This document shows, piece by piece, positions 28,362-37,850 of a stretch of 64,000 bases of DNA. The stretch lies in assembly GCA_964354025.1 (NCBI GenBank), contig CAYGXQ010000005.1, positions 3,366 to 67,365 of the forward strand, read 5' to 3'. Source of the DNA: an uncultured Gammaproteobacteria bacterium. GTDB lineage: Bacteria > Patescibacteriota > Microgenomatia > 2-02-FULL-39-11. Below the pieces are notes generated by a model that had not been told where the DNA came from, searched no databases, and saw only the letters and a list, made by a program, of their open reading frames with translations. Made by a program: the position numbers and the translations under genes. The first letter of the stretch is position 1; each line of letters begins with the position of its first letter.

Positions 28362-29726
28362 TTATCCCCACAGCCACCAGGGGATAAGATAAACCGGTAA
28401 ACCGTCTGCCTTGATAAATTGCAAATCTCCATTGTATACGACCACTCCTGCTTTTATTCCTTTTTGTGTTTTCGCGTAGAACCTTAAATTATTGATTTTT
28501 TCTTTCTCAACTCTTTCAGACATCGTCATCTCAACAGGAATTCTTTCGTTTTCACCCCAGCGGATGATTAAATCAATTTCCCGTCCGGCATAGTTGCGGA
28601 AATAATGGACATGAGGCTCAAAAATTTCATTTTTAGCGAAAGCCAAAAAACTGTTTAGGATGATTGTCTCAAAAATTCCGCCGCTTGAACGTGAGTCTAA
28701 AACATTCAGAAGTGTTTCCCGGCCTGCCAGGAAATTGGTTATTCCTGTATCAAATAAATAGCACTTCGGGCTTTTGACTATTTGGGAGTAAGGATCAATA
28801 TCAGGGGTCAACGTCTGCAGTACAAAAGTATTTTCCAGGATCTGCCGGTAATTTTTGACTGTTTTCACGTTAATCTGCGTTTGCCGGGAATAGTTCTCAT
28901 AATTTAATATCCCTCCGGCATTCAGGCTGAAAATCTGCAGAGTCTTTTGGAAATTTGATAATTCATGGACCAGACCCGCCTGGCGGATATCTTTTTCCAA
29001 ATAGGTGGTAACCGCGCTTTTTAGGAGCTCAAATTTGCTGTTTTTATCGTCCTTCTGCCAGATGCCGGGTAGAGCGCCATAAACTAAAAGTTCGTCGCGG
29101 ATAAGTTGGATTTCTCTTTTATACTTAAAAAGCAAGGCGTTTTTCTCCCGCAAAAAATCCTCATTTAAATTATCGAGTTTCCCGGGGAAAAGCGAAGGTA
29201 ATGTCAGGTTTAATTTACTTGACAATATTTCTCCGATTGAAAGCGGTTGGAGATAGACATATTGCGCCCGCCCTGCCATTGATTCGGCGGTTTTTTTCTG
29301 GATTTCCAAAGACGCGGAACCGGAAAGAATCACTTTAATCTTTTCCCCAATCGTATCATGCCAGATCTTTACTAAGTCAAAAACATCAGGTGCTTTTTGC
29401 GCTTCATCAATCACGACTAAAATTTCGCTTTCCAGACGTTCAAAAGTAGTACCCAGTTGGGACTCTATCTGTTTTTGCAGGAAATAGAAATCACTTTTAA
29501 CTTGGTTTTGCAAAAGGATATCATCGAAAAGAAAATAAAATGTCTTGAGTTTGCTCTTTTTGGCAAAGTTTTTTACCAGCGTAGTCTTGCCTGTCTGTCT
29601 GGCTCCTAAAACTGCTACAATGTAGTTTTGTGACAAATAGTGCTCGACTATTTTCTCAGCGGTTCTTCCGAAATATTGTTTAATTTCCGCCATAATAATT
29701 ACGTATTTTAAACAAAATTCAGTCAA
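28362..29726 (-). CDS. AAA+ ATPase of the type with a C-terminal DUF4143-like region
   Basis: Walker A VLGARQTGKTTL; Walker B-like LVVIDEAQ; the true start is probably the internal MAEIKQY. Confidence 0.75.
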   Translation of the reverse strand: MTEFCLKYVIIMAEIKQYFGRTAEKIVEHYLSQNYIVAVLGARQTGKTTLVKNFAKKSKLKTFYFLFDDILLQNQVKSDFYFLQKQIESQLGTTFERLESEILVVIDEAQKAPDVFDLVKIWHDTIGEKIKVILSGSASLEIQKKTAESMAGRAQYVYLQPLSIGEILSSKLNLTLPSLFPGKLDNLNEDFLREKNALLFKYKREIQLIRDELLVYGALPGIWQKDDKNSKFELLKSAVTTYLEKDIRQAGLVHELSNFQKTLQIFSLNAGGILNYENYSRQTQINVKTVKNYRQILENTFVLQTLTPDIDPYSQIVKSPKCYLFDTGITNFLAGRETLLNVLDSRSSGGIFETIILNSFLAFAKNEIFEPHVHYFRNYAGREIDLIIRWGENERIPVEMTMSERVEKEKINNLRFYAKTQKGIKAGVVVYNGDLQFIKADGLPVYLIPWWLWG

Positions 29727-29739
29727 ATGTCAAGAGAGT

Positions 29740-29798
29740 ACCTTGCAAGGTTGAACCTTGCAAGGTTATTGACAATCAATCTTTCGCTTTCTACACTG
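29740..29798 (+). promoter_or_regulatory. Tandem 12 bp palindromes ACCTTGCAAGGT, separated by TGA, abutting a sigma70-like promoter for gene 29807-31273
   Basis: ACCTTGCAAGGT at 29740-29751 and 29755-29766; TTGACA at 29770-29775; 17 nt spacer; TACACT at 29793-29798. Confidence 0.5.
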
Positions 29799-29806
29799 GA
29801 TTTACT

Positions 29807-31273
29807 ATGGCATCTTTAGCTCCTGAAGAACCTCACGGAGCGTCTAAACCAATAATTGAGCTTAAACCAGTCATGCCTTTTCGCTCCGCCGGTGAATTGA
29901 TGGCCCGAGTGGTCGCCGGCGACCTGCAAAAACTTCGGGAAAGACTGTTCGGGATCAAACCGGATGTAGAGGAATTGCAGATAATGGCCCGTTTCTGGCC
30001 GGATGTTTTTGACACAGAACAAAGAGAGGGGTTATTGGACCAACAACATCCGCTTTCCAGTACGTTCGCGCTAAATACTCTGGTTAGAGCATCTTTTGGA
30101 TTTGGCAACACCAAATACGGTTTGGAAACAAAAATAGATAACATTTTGACTGAAGAAGAAAAAAGAGTATTCCTGACTCTTTCCCAACTGCTTAACTCTT
30201 TAAATCCCCGACCCGCGCAAACAGCAGCACAACTTGAATCGATTAAGTCCTTGATAGCTTCTCCCCAACGATCTAAAGCTGGTCCGGCTGAAGAGATCAG
30301 AGAAGATGTGCTCCGTAATCCGGCTGACGCCAGACAATTTCTTCTCGATAATAATTCTACCGCCGGCGGCCTTACTCCTGAACTTTTGGCGCGTCTGATA
30401 CTATTTTCCGGCGATGTTGATATCGAAAGGTTTATCCAGACAGCGCTGGGTCTTGAGTCAGAAGATCCCAAAATAGCCGGAATCACAAAAGAGCTGCTCC
30501 CTGCCCTTCGGGAATGGTTTAAAACTAACAGTCCTTATTCTGCCGAAGCTGATTCAAATTATCCGGCCGGCCGGGTTTTAGGTGTGCTTCGGGATTTTTT
30601 TCCGGACAAGTTTACTGAAGAGGCAACTCTCGCTTTCAGGGTAGATATGGATCTGACCAGAGCCTCCCAGATTCTCCTTTTACATTTAACGGATAATAAA
30701 GATATTACTGAAGAACAATTTTTACCTTTTCTAAGTAGTGGTCCTTACTTCGGTCAAGAATTTGTAAGCCTGGGAACTATCCAAACACCGGCGCAACTGA
30801 TCGCGGAAGCAGCAGAACAGGCAGCATTTTCCCACCCCACTTTATCTTTAAGAAGCGGCGGTCCGTCTCCGGCAACAACTTTCGGAGTCAGTCTTTCCCC
30901 TAACGAGACAGCATCACTCTTTCCTTCCTTAGCTTCGGAATCTGAAGGAGCACGAACAGTACTTCAGCGATATACTGACGGAGATTTATCTTTATTCACT
31001 CAGGAAAGTCATCTTTCACCGGGACTGCGACGATACGCCGGAATTCTTTTAAAATCAGGCTCTTTCAGTGAAGATACCGCTAGTCTTGAAAGAGATGACG
31101 CGACAGTGGCTGATTTTCTTCAAAAAGGTAGCTGGAGTGATAATCCTACCGTGAAACAGACGGAAATAATTGATAAAATCCAGGCGCTGGAAAGAAAGGC
31201 CCAAAGAGTGAAATGCGTCCAATTTGCCCGTCTGGCAAGCCGTTACAGAAATTATTCGAAAAGTGCACCTTAG
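29807..31273 (+). CDS. Hypothetical protein
   Basis: Long ORF. Confidence 0.55.
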   Translation: MASLAPEEPHGASKPIIELKPVMPFRSAGELMARVVAGDLQKLRERLFGIKPDVEELQIMARFWPDVFDTEQREGLLDQQHPLSSTFALNTLVRASFGFGNTKYGLETKIDNILTEEEKRVFLTLSQLLNSLNPRPAQTAAQLESIKSLIASPQRSKAGPAEEIREDVLRNPADARQFLLDNNSTAGGLTPELLARLILFSGDVDIERFIQTALGLESEDPKIAGITKELLPALREWFKTNSPYSAEADSNYPAGRVLGVLRDFFPDKFTEEATLAFRVDMDLTRASQILLLHLTDNKDITEEQFLPFLSSGPYFGQEFVSLGTIQTPAQLIAEAAEQAAFSHPTLSLRSGGPSPATTFGVSLSPNETASLFPSLASESEGARTVLQRYTDGDLSLFTQESHLSPGLRRYAGILLKSGSFSEDTASLERDDATVADFLQKGSWSDNPTVKQTEIIDKIQALERKAQRVKCVQFARLASRYRNYSKSAP

Positions 31274-31312
31274 AGCTAAATCTCTATTTGCACCTTGGGT
31301 ATTCAGATTAAA
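31262..31312. repeat. 46-50 bp dispersed repeat, copy 1
   Basis: gtgcaccttagagctaaatctctatttgcaccttgggtattcagat; second copy at 32150-32196 with about 90 percent identity. Confidence 0.7.
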
Positions 31313-31373
31313 ACCCTTTTTTCAGCCAGTATTTTTTCCATTCTTCGCTATTTTTGACTTTACCGTGTAAAAT

Positions 31374-32141
31374 ATGGGCCTTATGAGGGCATTACACGAA
31401 TTAGTTACCCATAGAAGGCATGAGACTTTTCATCCCGATCCTGTCCGGGAACTTTCCCTTATGAATCTGGTCGAACGGAATTTTTCACCTGTTGATATGG
31501 ACTTTCCTAAAGATAATCCTGAGGACTTTCTCCAAATTGGCGATATCCTGCAGATTGGTCTAGATGGAAAAGAAGGCCCTGTTTGTTGCGCCTGGATGGT
31601 AACCGGACTTAAACCCCAGACTTCCGGCCTGACACCGCAACTCCATTTTTTATATGGTCTTGAAAACTGCGGTTTGTTTCGTCCGGAAGATCAAGTCTTA
31701 CATAATTACAAACATCCCTGGGAATTAAAAACACAACCAAAAATCATAGAAATGGTACAAAAACCGGCTCTTTTTCCTATTGCTTCCAGAAAGTTTGTAA
31801 ACGCCGATGTGTCTCTTTTGAGATTGGTAAATATGGATTTTTCCATGATGCAGGCTGATTACGCAGAAACTATGGATTACGCCGCAATCGCTCATCAAGC
31901 TGCGATGGTTTGGGCAAGTGTGGGAATTCTTGCCGGCGGTGTTGGTATGATATTTACACCTGATCCGGGTTTTTTAAAATCTATGTCAATCGGCGCTGAT
32001 ATTTCTTTTATCACTTTCTCTTTAGGTCTTTTACGTATGAAAAATATCTTAGAAAAACAGGCTGATGAAACAAAATCTCTTATCATCCAGACTCTTGGAG
32101 ATATTTCCCCTAAACTATGTGAATGTTTCTTTTCCGAGTGA
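31374..32141 (+). CDS. Hypothetical protein with a C-terminal membrane region
   Basis: ORF; hydrophobic C-terminal third. Confidence 0.5.
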   Translation: MGLMRALHELVTHRRHETFHPDPVRELSLMNLVERNFSPVDMDFPKDNPEDFLQIGDILQIGLDGKEGPVCCAWMVTGLKPQTSGLTPQLHFLYGLENCGLFRPEDQVLHNYKHPWELKTQPKIIEMVQKPALFPIASRKFVNADVSLLRLVNMDFSMMQADYAETMDYAAIAHQAAMVWASVGILAGGVGMIFTPDPGFLKSMSIGADISFITFSLGLLRMKNILEKQADETKSLIIQTLGDISPKLCECFFSE

Positions 32142-32149
32142 AATACAAA

Positions 32150-32196
32150 GTACACCTTAGAGGTGAATCTCTATTTGCACCTTGGGTATTCAGATG
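32150..32196. repeat. 46-50 bp dispersed repeat, copy 2
   Basis: gtacaccttagaggtgaatctctatttgcaccttgggtattcagat. Confidence 0.7.
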
Positions 32197-32210
32197 TAAT
32201 AACTGTAATA

Positions 32211-32243
32211 ACAACCCCTCCCCCTCTCCAGCGGGGAAGATTA
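32211..32243. repeat. Hairpin repeat family CCCCTCYCC..TTTCCGGCGGGGRA, copy a, at the 3' end of a minus-strand gene
   Basis: Four related copies: 32211-32243, 33201-33237, 33779-33809 and 34124-34150. Confidence 0.6.
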
Positions 32244-32918
32244 TTCTTTTGGCTTAATCCGAAGAAGTAGTTTGCGGGAAAGATTTTCATAGAATTTCAC
32301 AAAGTCAGTTTTATTTAACGGTATTTTTAATTCAGGAATAATGTTCATCTGTCTTGTATCTGCCATGCAATTGACAAAATGAAATTCAGATAAACCTGTA
32401 TCTTTTTGCCTGGACAGTTCAAACATCTTGTCAAAAGATAAATCAGTTTTTTTAAAAATCATATATAAATCTATATAATCTTTCGGTTCCAGTCTGCCGA
32501 AAACAGCCAGTATCTTATTGGAGGCAATATTAATAAGCGAATCCACTCTTACTCCTTCAATAGTGACAATCTCTCCAAAATGCCTCGGTTGTTCATGTAC
32601 GAAATCGATTCTTTGAATCCAGCGGTTATTTTTCTCCTGAAGGTAAACTTCATTATATGTTTTTGTCTGAACTTTTATGGAAACGAGAGAATTAGTCTTA
32701 TCGGCAATCTCTTTTAATACATCTGACAAAACTTCCGTGTTATATTCATCAAGAGAAAAAAAGTCAAAATCTTGACTTTTCCTGTGACCTAAATAAAAAG
32801 CCGCGAGGGCGGTTCCCCCTGTCAAGAAAAACTGCCGGCTAATCGGATAAGAAAAGAAAAGTTTAAGTATTTCTACCTGATGCGGAAGTAATACCGGATT
32901 ATTTTTAAAATTAAACAT
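32241..32918 (-). CDS. Nucleotidyltransferase of the AbiEii/DUF1814-like (GGTAL) type
   Basis: FFLTGGTALAAFYLGHRKSQDFDFFS motif; 8 nt overlap with the upstream small WDYD gene. Confidence 0.65.
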   Translation of the reverse strand: MFNFKNNPVLLPHQVEILKLFFSYPISRQFFLTGGTALAAFYLGHRKSQDFDFFSLDEYNTEVLSDVLKEIADKTNSLVSIKVQTKTYNEVYLQEKNNRWIQRIDFVHEQPRHFGEIVTIEGVRVDSLINIASNKILAVFGRLEPKDYIDLYMIFKKTDLSFDKMFELSRQKDTGLSEFHFVNCMADTRQMNIIPELKIPLNKTDFVKFYENLSRKLLLRIKPKE

Positions 32919-33159
32919 GGTATCCCCATACGCTTAACGCTTGCTCCCATGTGTTTTTTAATTGCGTATCCATACGAAGTTTGCTAAAGTTTGTGACAAT
33001 ATCTTCAACGGTGACGTATTTCCAGACATCATCGTACCTGGCGTGCGTTAATATTCTTCCCATCAGCCAGATCTTCTCCGTCTCATTTTTCCCGTGAAGG
33101 ATAGACCGAACCTGATCTTCGGACAGATCATAATCCCAAAGAAAATAAGGTCTTTTCAT
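32911..33159 (-). CDS. Small 'WDYD' protein, putative partner or antitoxin of the downstream NTase
   Basis: Homologous to the N-terminal part of ORF 44859-45170 (xWDYDxxE...), which also precedes a GGTAL NTase. Confidence 0.45.
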   Translation of the reverse strand: MKRPYFLWDYDLSEDQVRSILHGKNETEKIWLMGRILTHARYDDVWKYVTVEDIVTNFSKLRMDTQLKNTWEQALSVWGYHV

Positions 33160-33200
33160 AAGAATTGGATCTATTGTAGCATTCTTTTTTACCGAAGAAC

Positions 33201-33237
33201 AATCCCCCTCCCTCTTTCCGGCGGGGGGAAAAAATTA
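33201..33237. repeat. Hairpin repeat family, copy b
   Basis: aatccccctccctctttccggcggggggaaaaaatta. Confidence 0.6.
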
Positions 33238-33422
33238 TTTCAATTTTTTGGAGATGAAATTAACGATTTCTTTGGCGATTTCATAAGCTTCTTCCGCTTC
33301 ATCTCTTGTATATTTATCCAATTCTGAAATATCAGGATATCTTGTCTGGATATTTTATATTTAACTCAGTCCACTTAAGATCATCTTCACTTTTATCAAG
33401 CCAGATTTGCCACTCTTTATTA

Positions 33423-33761
33423 TTATTTCCCTTCATAGATCACTTCTCCTTTGCTTAATATTTCCCTGAAAAAGAAACTCTTTTTCAATCTCTCATCCAG
33501 CTCTTTTTGAGTCAGTACAAAAATATCATAAGGATAATCTAAAGAGAGCGCCAGTCTAGCATCGCAAAAACGGTCAGATAATTTTTGGTAAGTATTTTTT
33601 ATGATTAAAAGATCAACATCGCTTTTTCCATCAATAAATCTGCCGTTTGATAATGATCCAAAGAGAATAATCTTTTGGGGCTTAAGAGGTATAAGATCTG
33701 AAACAATTTGCTGCTTTATCTGATTAATCTTAGTCATTTTCCATATTATAGCATAGAACAA
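33423..33761 (-). CDS. Minimal nucleotidyltransferase (MNT/Pol-beta superfamily), possible solo TA component
   Basis: ILFGSLSNGRFIDGKSDVDLLII matches the GSx(9-13)DxD motif. Confidence 0.65.
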   Translation of the reverse strand: MFYAIIWKMTKINQIKQQIVSDLIPLKPQKIILFGSLSNGRFIDGKSDVDLLIIKNTYQKLSDRFCDARLALSLDYPYDIFVLTQKELDERLKKSFFFREILSKGEVIYEGK

Positions 33762-33778
33762 AAAAGATACTTGAATAA

Positions 33779-33809
33779 CTTCCCCTCCTCCCTTTCCGGC
33801 GGGGAAAAC
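33779..33809. repeat. Hairpin repeat family, copy c
   Basis: ttcccctcctccctttccggcggggaaaacc. Confidence 0.6.
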
Positions 33810-33814
33810 CGTAA

Positions 33815-34063
33815 TCAGTTTGAGGGAATTTCCAGCACTTTTTCTATCTTGCAGAGGCGGGTTTCGTGATCTTCAAGAGTATCGGAGTGTTCGGAGAGCT
33901 TACCAGTAGAAACTTCCTGTTCCTCACGAATGGCTTTTAATTCACCCATTACCTTACCCATACTTTCATAGAACTCATCTTTAGTGGGAAGATGTTTTAT
34001 CTCTTCCTTGACAATATTTCTGGTTAATTTTTCTATTTCATCGAGATTTTTTTGCGTAAGCAT
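33815..34063 (-). CDS. 82 aa coiled-coil protein, paralog A
   Basis: Paralog of 35590-35838: shared LPTK(D/E)EF...REEQ...LSEHSDTL(E/D)DHETRL.K(I/V)EK.L.I.SSN C-terminal region. About 50 bp of 5' leader is also shared. Confidence 0.5.
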   Translation of the reverse strand: MLTQKNLDEIEKLTRNIVKEEIKHLPTKDEFYESMGKVMGELKAIREEQEVSTGKLSEHSDTLEDHETRLCKIEKVLEIPSN

Positions 34064-34123
34064 AGAATCATCTTAGCAAGTGAAAAAATACCTGTCAATG
34101 TAACAAAGTACATCAACTCCCCT

Positions 34124-34150
34124 CTCCCCTTTCCGGCGGGGAAGAAGAGA
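34124..34150. repeat. Hairpin repeat family, copy d
   Basis: caactcccctctcccctttccggcggggaagaagag. Confidence 0.6.
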
Positions 34151-34216
34151 AAATAGAGAAAAAAAGAGAGATCTTCTTGTTGACAAATAATATACTTTTT
34201 TGTATATTATCTGTAA

Positions 34217-34780
34217 ATGACATTTCTTGAACTGCGAAAGCGGATAAAAGCCAACATCTTCACCTACCTGGACGTCGTGAAGCTATTCCCGGAAGATAAT
34301 CCGGAGCTGGTCAAAACCCAGCTTAACCGCTTCAGCACCAAAAAACTGATCATCGGCATCAAAAGAGGGCTTTACTGTTTTGAACCTGAAACGGTAGACG
34401 AATTTGAATTGGCAAGCCGGCTTTATCAGCCTTCTTATATCAGTCTTGAAACGGCTCTGAACTATTACGGAATTATCCCAGACGTACCACAGGCTATCAC
34501 TTCGATCACCCTGACCACAACCAAGAATCTCACTAATGCCTTTGGCAATTTTTATTACACGAAGATCAAACCTGTCCTCTATTTTGGCTTTTCCAAACTG
34601 AAATCAACCGACAGCGAAGGATATTTTAATCTTGCCAAAAAAGAAAAAGCCCTGCTGGACTACTTTTACATCCGCAAGATAAAAAGATTGGATAGCTTGA
34701 GATTAAATCTGAAAGAAATTAATCTGGCCCAATACCGAAGATACAGAACCATTTTCCCAAAATGGTTGCCGCAATTATGA
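34217..34780 (+). CDS. AbiEi-family antitoxin/transcriptional regulator
   Basis: SYISLETALNYYGII-type motif; 19 nt overlap with the following AbiEii-like gene. Confidence 0.65.
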   Translation: MTFLELRKRIKANIFTYLDVVKLFPEDNPELVKTQLNRFSTKKLIIGIKRGLYCFEPETVDEFELASRLYQPSYISLETALNYYGIIPDVPQAITSITLTTTKNLTNAFGNFYYTKIKPVLYFGFSKLKSTDSEGYFNLAKKEKALLDYFYIRKIKRLDSLRLNLKEINLAQYRRYRTIFPKWLPQL

Positions 34781-35574
34781 ATTACCTTATTGACTCTTTT
34801 AACCAAATTCTGGAATTTGCCGGTCGTTACAGCCTACCTCCCACTAAAAAGCGGGCTATATTGCGCGAATACCTCCAATGCAAAATACTCGAGCAAATCT
34901 ATCAGGAAAAAGAATCTCTGAATATTCTTTTTATCGGAGGGACATCTCTTCGGCTACTTTATGATCTCGACAGGTTTTCCGAAGATTTGGATTTTGACGT
35001 GCAAAATATTTCCTCCGGTTGCGTTGATCTACTGATTAAACGTATCTGTAAAAATCTGGTTAAAGAAAATATCGAAACTTCTCTCTATAAAAACGTGACT
35101 GACAAAAAAGTCTATTATGAACTTCGCTTCAAACATGTCCTTTTTCCGCTTAATATCAGCAAAAATATAGAAGAAAATTTAAGCATCAAGCTGGATTTTG
35201 AAAAATATTGGTTGGCGGAAAAAAAAGAGATAAAGCTATTAAACCGATACGGCTACCTGGTCAATTGCCTGACAATTCCCCTTGAACAGCTGCTGGTACA
35301 GAAACTTCACGCCTATCTTAGCCGGACGCAGACGCAACCAAGAGATCTTTACGATATTACCTGGCTTGTTTCTCATGGAGCAACGCTTGATAAAACTTTT
35401 ATGAAAAAGAATAAAATGGATAAAGATGCCGTCAATTTAGCTAAACAGAAATTTGAGAAAGAAAAAGGAATGCTTGCGACACTGAAACAAAAATTAAGAC
35501 CGTTTCTGATAGATGAAAATAATATCCGGAAACTGGATCTGTTTAACCAAGTTTTAGCTACCTTGCAAGGTTGA
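34762..35574 (+). CDS. AbiEii/AbiGii-family nucleotidyltransferase toxin
   Basis: ILFIGGTSLRLLYDLDRFSEDLDFD motif; its stop codon lies in the TGA spacer of the ACCTTGCAAGGT-TGA-ACCTTTAAAGGG palindromes. Confidence 0.75.
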   Translation: MVAAIMNYLIDSFNQILEFAGRYSLPPTKKRAILREYLQCKILEQIYQEKESLNILFIGGTSLRLLYDLDRFSEDLDFDVQNISSGCVDLLIKRICKNLVKENIETSLYKNVTDKKVYYELRFKHVLFPLNISKNIEENLSIKLDFEKYWLAEKKEIKLLNRYGYLVNCLTIPLEQLLVQKLHAYLSRTQTQPRDLYDITWLVSHGATLDKTFMKKNKMDKDAVNLAKQKFEKEKGMLATLKQKLRPFLIDENNIRKLDLFNQVLATLQG

Positions 35575-35589
35575 ACCTTTAAAGGGTAA

Positions 35590-35838
35590 TCAGTTTGAAG
35601 AAATTGCCAACGTCTTCTCTACTTTTCCGAGGCGGGTTTCGTGGTCATCAAGAGTATCTGAGTGCTCGGAGAGTTGTCCTACTAAGACCTTCTGCTCCTC
35701 ACGGAAGTCCTTAACTTCTTTCATGAGTTCATCCATTTTAGCGAAGAATTCTTCTTTGGTAGGAAGATGGCTAAATGCTTCTCTTATTCTTTCCCATTGC
35801 TCACGAAAAACATCTTTCAGATCATCTTTGGTCAGCAT
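35590..35838 (-). CDS. 82 aa coiled-coil protein, paralog B
   Basis: See paralog A. Confidence 0.5.
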   Translation of the reverse strand: MLTKDDLKDVFREQWERIREAFSHLPTKEEFFAKMDELMKEVKDFREEQKVLVGQLSEHSDTLDDHETRLGKVEKTLAISSN

Positions 35839-35926
35839 GAGGTCATCTTAACAAGTGAAAAATATCATGTCAATGTATAAAAATCCAATGGTAAAATAAA
35901 GAGAAAAATGGTAAAATAAAATTTCT

Positions 35927-35964
35927 GAGATTGCTTCTCCCGACTAAGTCGGGATCGCAATGAC
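35927..35964. mobile_element. Partial copy (one arm) of the MITE-like GTCATTGCGA-TIR element
   Basis: gagattgcttctcccgactaagtcgggatcgcaatgac matches the reverse complement of the left half of the 37851-37944 element, with the 16 bp palindrome replaced by a short hairpin. Confidence 0.5.
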
Positions 35965-35988
35965 AGATAACCGCGTAACTACTAATAT

Positions 35989-37002
35989 ATGATTACTTTT
36001 CTCAAAAAACGCTATAAGTTGATCCTCATCATCGCCCTCCTGGTTTTCGGCGGCTTTCTCTGCTACCGTAATTTCTTCGCGGCCAAAAACGGCAAGAAAG
36101 TCGACTCCGTCAAAGTCAAAAGAGGCACGCTTGAGGAAATACTGACCATTTCAGGCCAAGTTGAAGCCGACGAGAAAGTAACTCTCCGTTTCCAAACCTC
36201 CGGCAGACTGGCCTGGGTAGGGGTCAAGGAAGGCGACTACGTCAAAAAGTATCAAAGTATCGCCTCGCTGGATCAGCGCGAGATGAAAATGAACCTCGAT
36301 AAATACCTCAATACCTACATGAGCGAAAGATGGGATTTCGAGCAGACCAGAGATGATTATAAAGACACGTTCATTACCGACAAAATCAAGCGGATCAAGG
36401 AACAAACCCAGTTTGACCTGAATAATACGGTGACCGATGTTGAGATCAAAAACCTGGCCATCGAACTGGCCAATATGTTTACCCCGATCGAAGGGATAGT
36501 CACCCGGGTGGCTTCCCCTTACGCCGGGGTGAATGTCACCGCTACCCAGGCGGAATTTGACATCGTCAATCCCAAGACGGTCTATTTTTCTGCCCTGGCC
36601 GACCAGACGGAAGTGACCGAACTCTTCGACGGCAAGCCCGGCGAACTGACTCTCGATGCTTATCCGGAATCAACCTTCAGCGGAACGATCAAGAACATCT
36701 CTTTTAACCCCAAAAGCGGCGAAACCGGCACTGTCTACGCGGTGAAGTTTCTTTTTGACGGCGACAATACCGGCTACAAATACCGGTTGGGCATGGCCGG
36801 TGATTTGAGCTTTGTCACCAAAAGAAAAGAAGACGCCTTATACCTGCCGACAAAATTTGTCAAAGATGATAAATCAAAAAAATATGTCCAAATAAAGAAA
36901 AACGGCCAGACGGAAAAAGTTTACGTGGAAACCGGCATGGAGACGGACAGCAGTATCGAGATTACGAAAGGCGTGACGGAAGGAACGATTGTTTTCGATT
37001 AA
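35989..37002 (+). CDS. Efflux periplasmic adaptor (HlyD/MacA family)
   Basis: N-terminal TM; biotin-lipoyl-like and beta-barrel pattern; first gene of an ABC transporter operon. Confidence 0.7.
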   Translation: MITFLKKRYKLILIIALLVFGGFLCYRNFFAAKNGKKVDSVKVKRGTLEEILTISGQVEADEKVTLRFQTSGRLAWVGVKEGDYVKKYQSIASLDQREMKMNLDKYLNTYMSERWDFEQTRDDYKDTFITDKIKRIKEQTQFDLNNTVTDVEIKNLAIELANMFTPIEGIVTRVASPYAGVNVTATQAEFDIVNPKTVYFSALADQTEVTELFDGKPGELTLDAYPESTFSGTIKNISFNPKSGETGTVYAVKFLFDGDNTGYKYRLGMAGDLSFVTKRKEDALYLPTKFVKDDKSKKYVQIKKNGQTEKVYVETGMETDSSIEITKGVTEGTIVFD

Positions 37003-37036
37003 ATACCACACTCTATAAACATAAGAAAATATAAGA

Positions 37037-37107
37037 GCGTCTAGCGTCTAGATACTAGCGTCTAGTTAAGAAAAACTAAACGCTAAACGCTAGAAGCTAA
37101 ACGCTAA
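37037..37107. repeat. Composite heptamer repeat (inverted orientation) immediately upstream of the ABC ATPase gene
   Basis: Reverse complement equals ttagcgtttagcttctagcgtttagcgtttagttttt..ctagacgctagtatctagacgc. Confidence 0.7.
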
Positions 37108-37111
37108 ATTC

Positions 37112-37783
37112 ATGATACAACTCCAACACATCCATAAAGAATACAAGCTTGACGGGGATGTTTTCGTCGCCCTTAAAGACATCAATTTAAAAATCTCAGA
37201 CGGCGATTTTACGGCCATCGTCGGGCCATCCGGCTGCGGCAAATCCACCCTCATGCACATCATCGGCCTTTTGGATAATCCCTCAAGCGGAAAAATCACC
37301 ATTGACGGTAAAGATGTTTCTAAAATCACCGACGACGACCTATCCAAACTCCGCAACGAATTTGTCGGCTTTGTTTTCCAGCAGTTTAACCTGATAAATA
37401 AACTGACGGTAGCTGAAAATATTCTCCTGCCGACAATTTACTGCCGCAAAAAACTGGATTTTGTCCCCCAGCAAAGAGCCATGGAGCTGATGAAACGCTT
37501 TGAAATAGACTCCAAAGCCAAATCATACCCCAACAAGCTATCAGGCGGTCAGCAGCAGCGCGTCGCCATCGCCCGGGCTCTCATCAATAAGCCGAAACTT
37601 ATCCTGGCTGATGAGCCGACCGGAAACTTAGACTCCAAAACCGGTGAAAAAATCCTTGCTCTTTTGAAGGAGCTAAACGGCCACGACAAAATCACCATCG
37701 TCATGGTCACCCACGACAACCACATCGCCGAAAGGGCTAAAACTCACATCCATGTGCTGGATGGGGAGATCGTTGATAATTAG
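37112..37783 (+). CDS. ABC transporter ATP-binding protein (MacB/LolD type)
   Basis: Walker [10 protein letters not shown]; signature [15 protein letters not shown]; Walker [12 protein letters not shown]. Confidence 0.9.
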   Translation: MIQLQHIHKEYKLDGDVFVALKDINLKISDGDFTAIVGPSGCGKSTLMHIIGLLDNPSSGKITIDGKDVSKITDDDLSKLRNEFVGFVFQQFNLINKLTVAENILLPTIYCRKKLDFVPQQRAMELMKRFEIDSKAKSYPNKLSGGQQQRVAIARALINKPKLILADEPTGNLDSKTGEKILALLKELNGHDKITIVMVTHDNHIAERAKTHIHVLDGEIVDN

Positions 37784-37813
37784 CGTTTAGCTTCTAGCGT
37801 TTAGCGTTTAGTT
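37781..37813. repeat. Composite heptamer repeat, first half (TAGCGTT)n. A perfect 33 bp inverted repeat of 37074-37106
   Basis: tagcgtttagcttctagcgtttagcgtttagtt; overlaps the stop codon of the ATPase gene. Confidence 0.7.
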
Positions 37814-37850
37814 AATGACAGTAGTTATGCAATGAATATTGATTTAGATT

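Noticed and set aside
32200-35900. Integron-like cassette array with attC sites (small TA genes separated by palindromic repeats)
   Set aside because: No integrase in the window; gene orientations are mixed; the hairpin repeats lack recognisable attC core sites (RYYYAAC/GTTRRRY); more likely terminator-like repeats.
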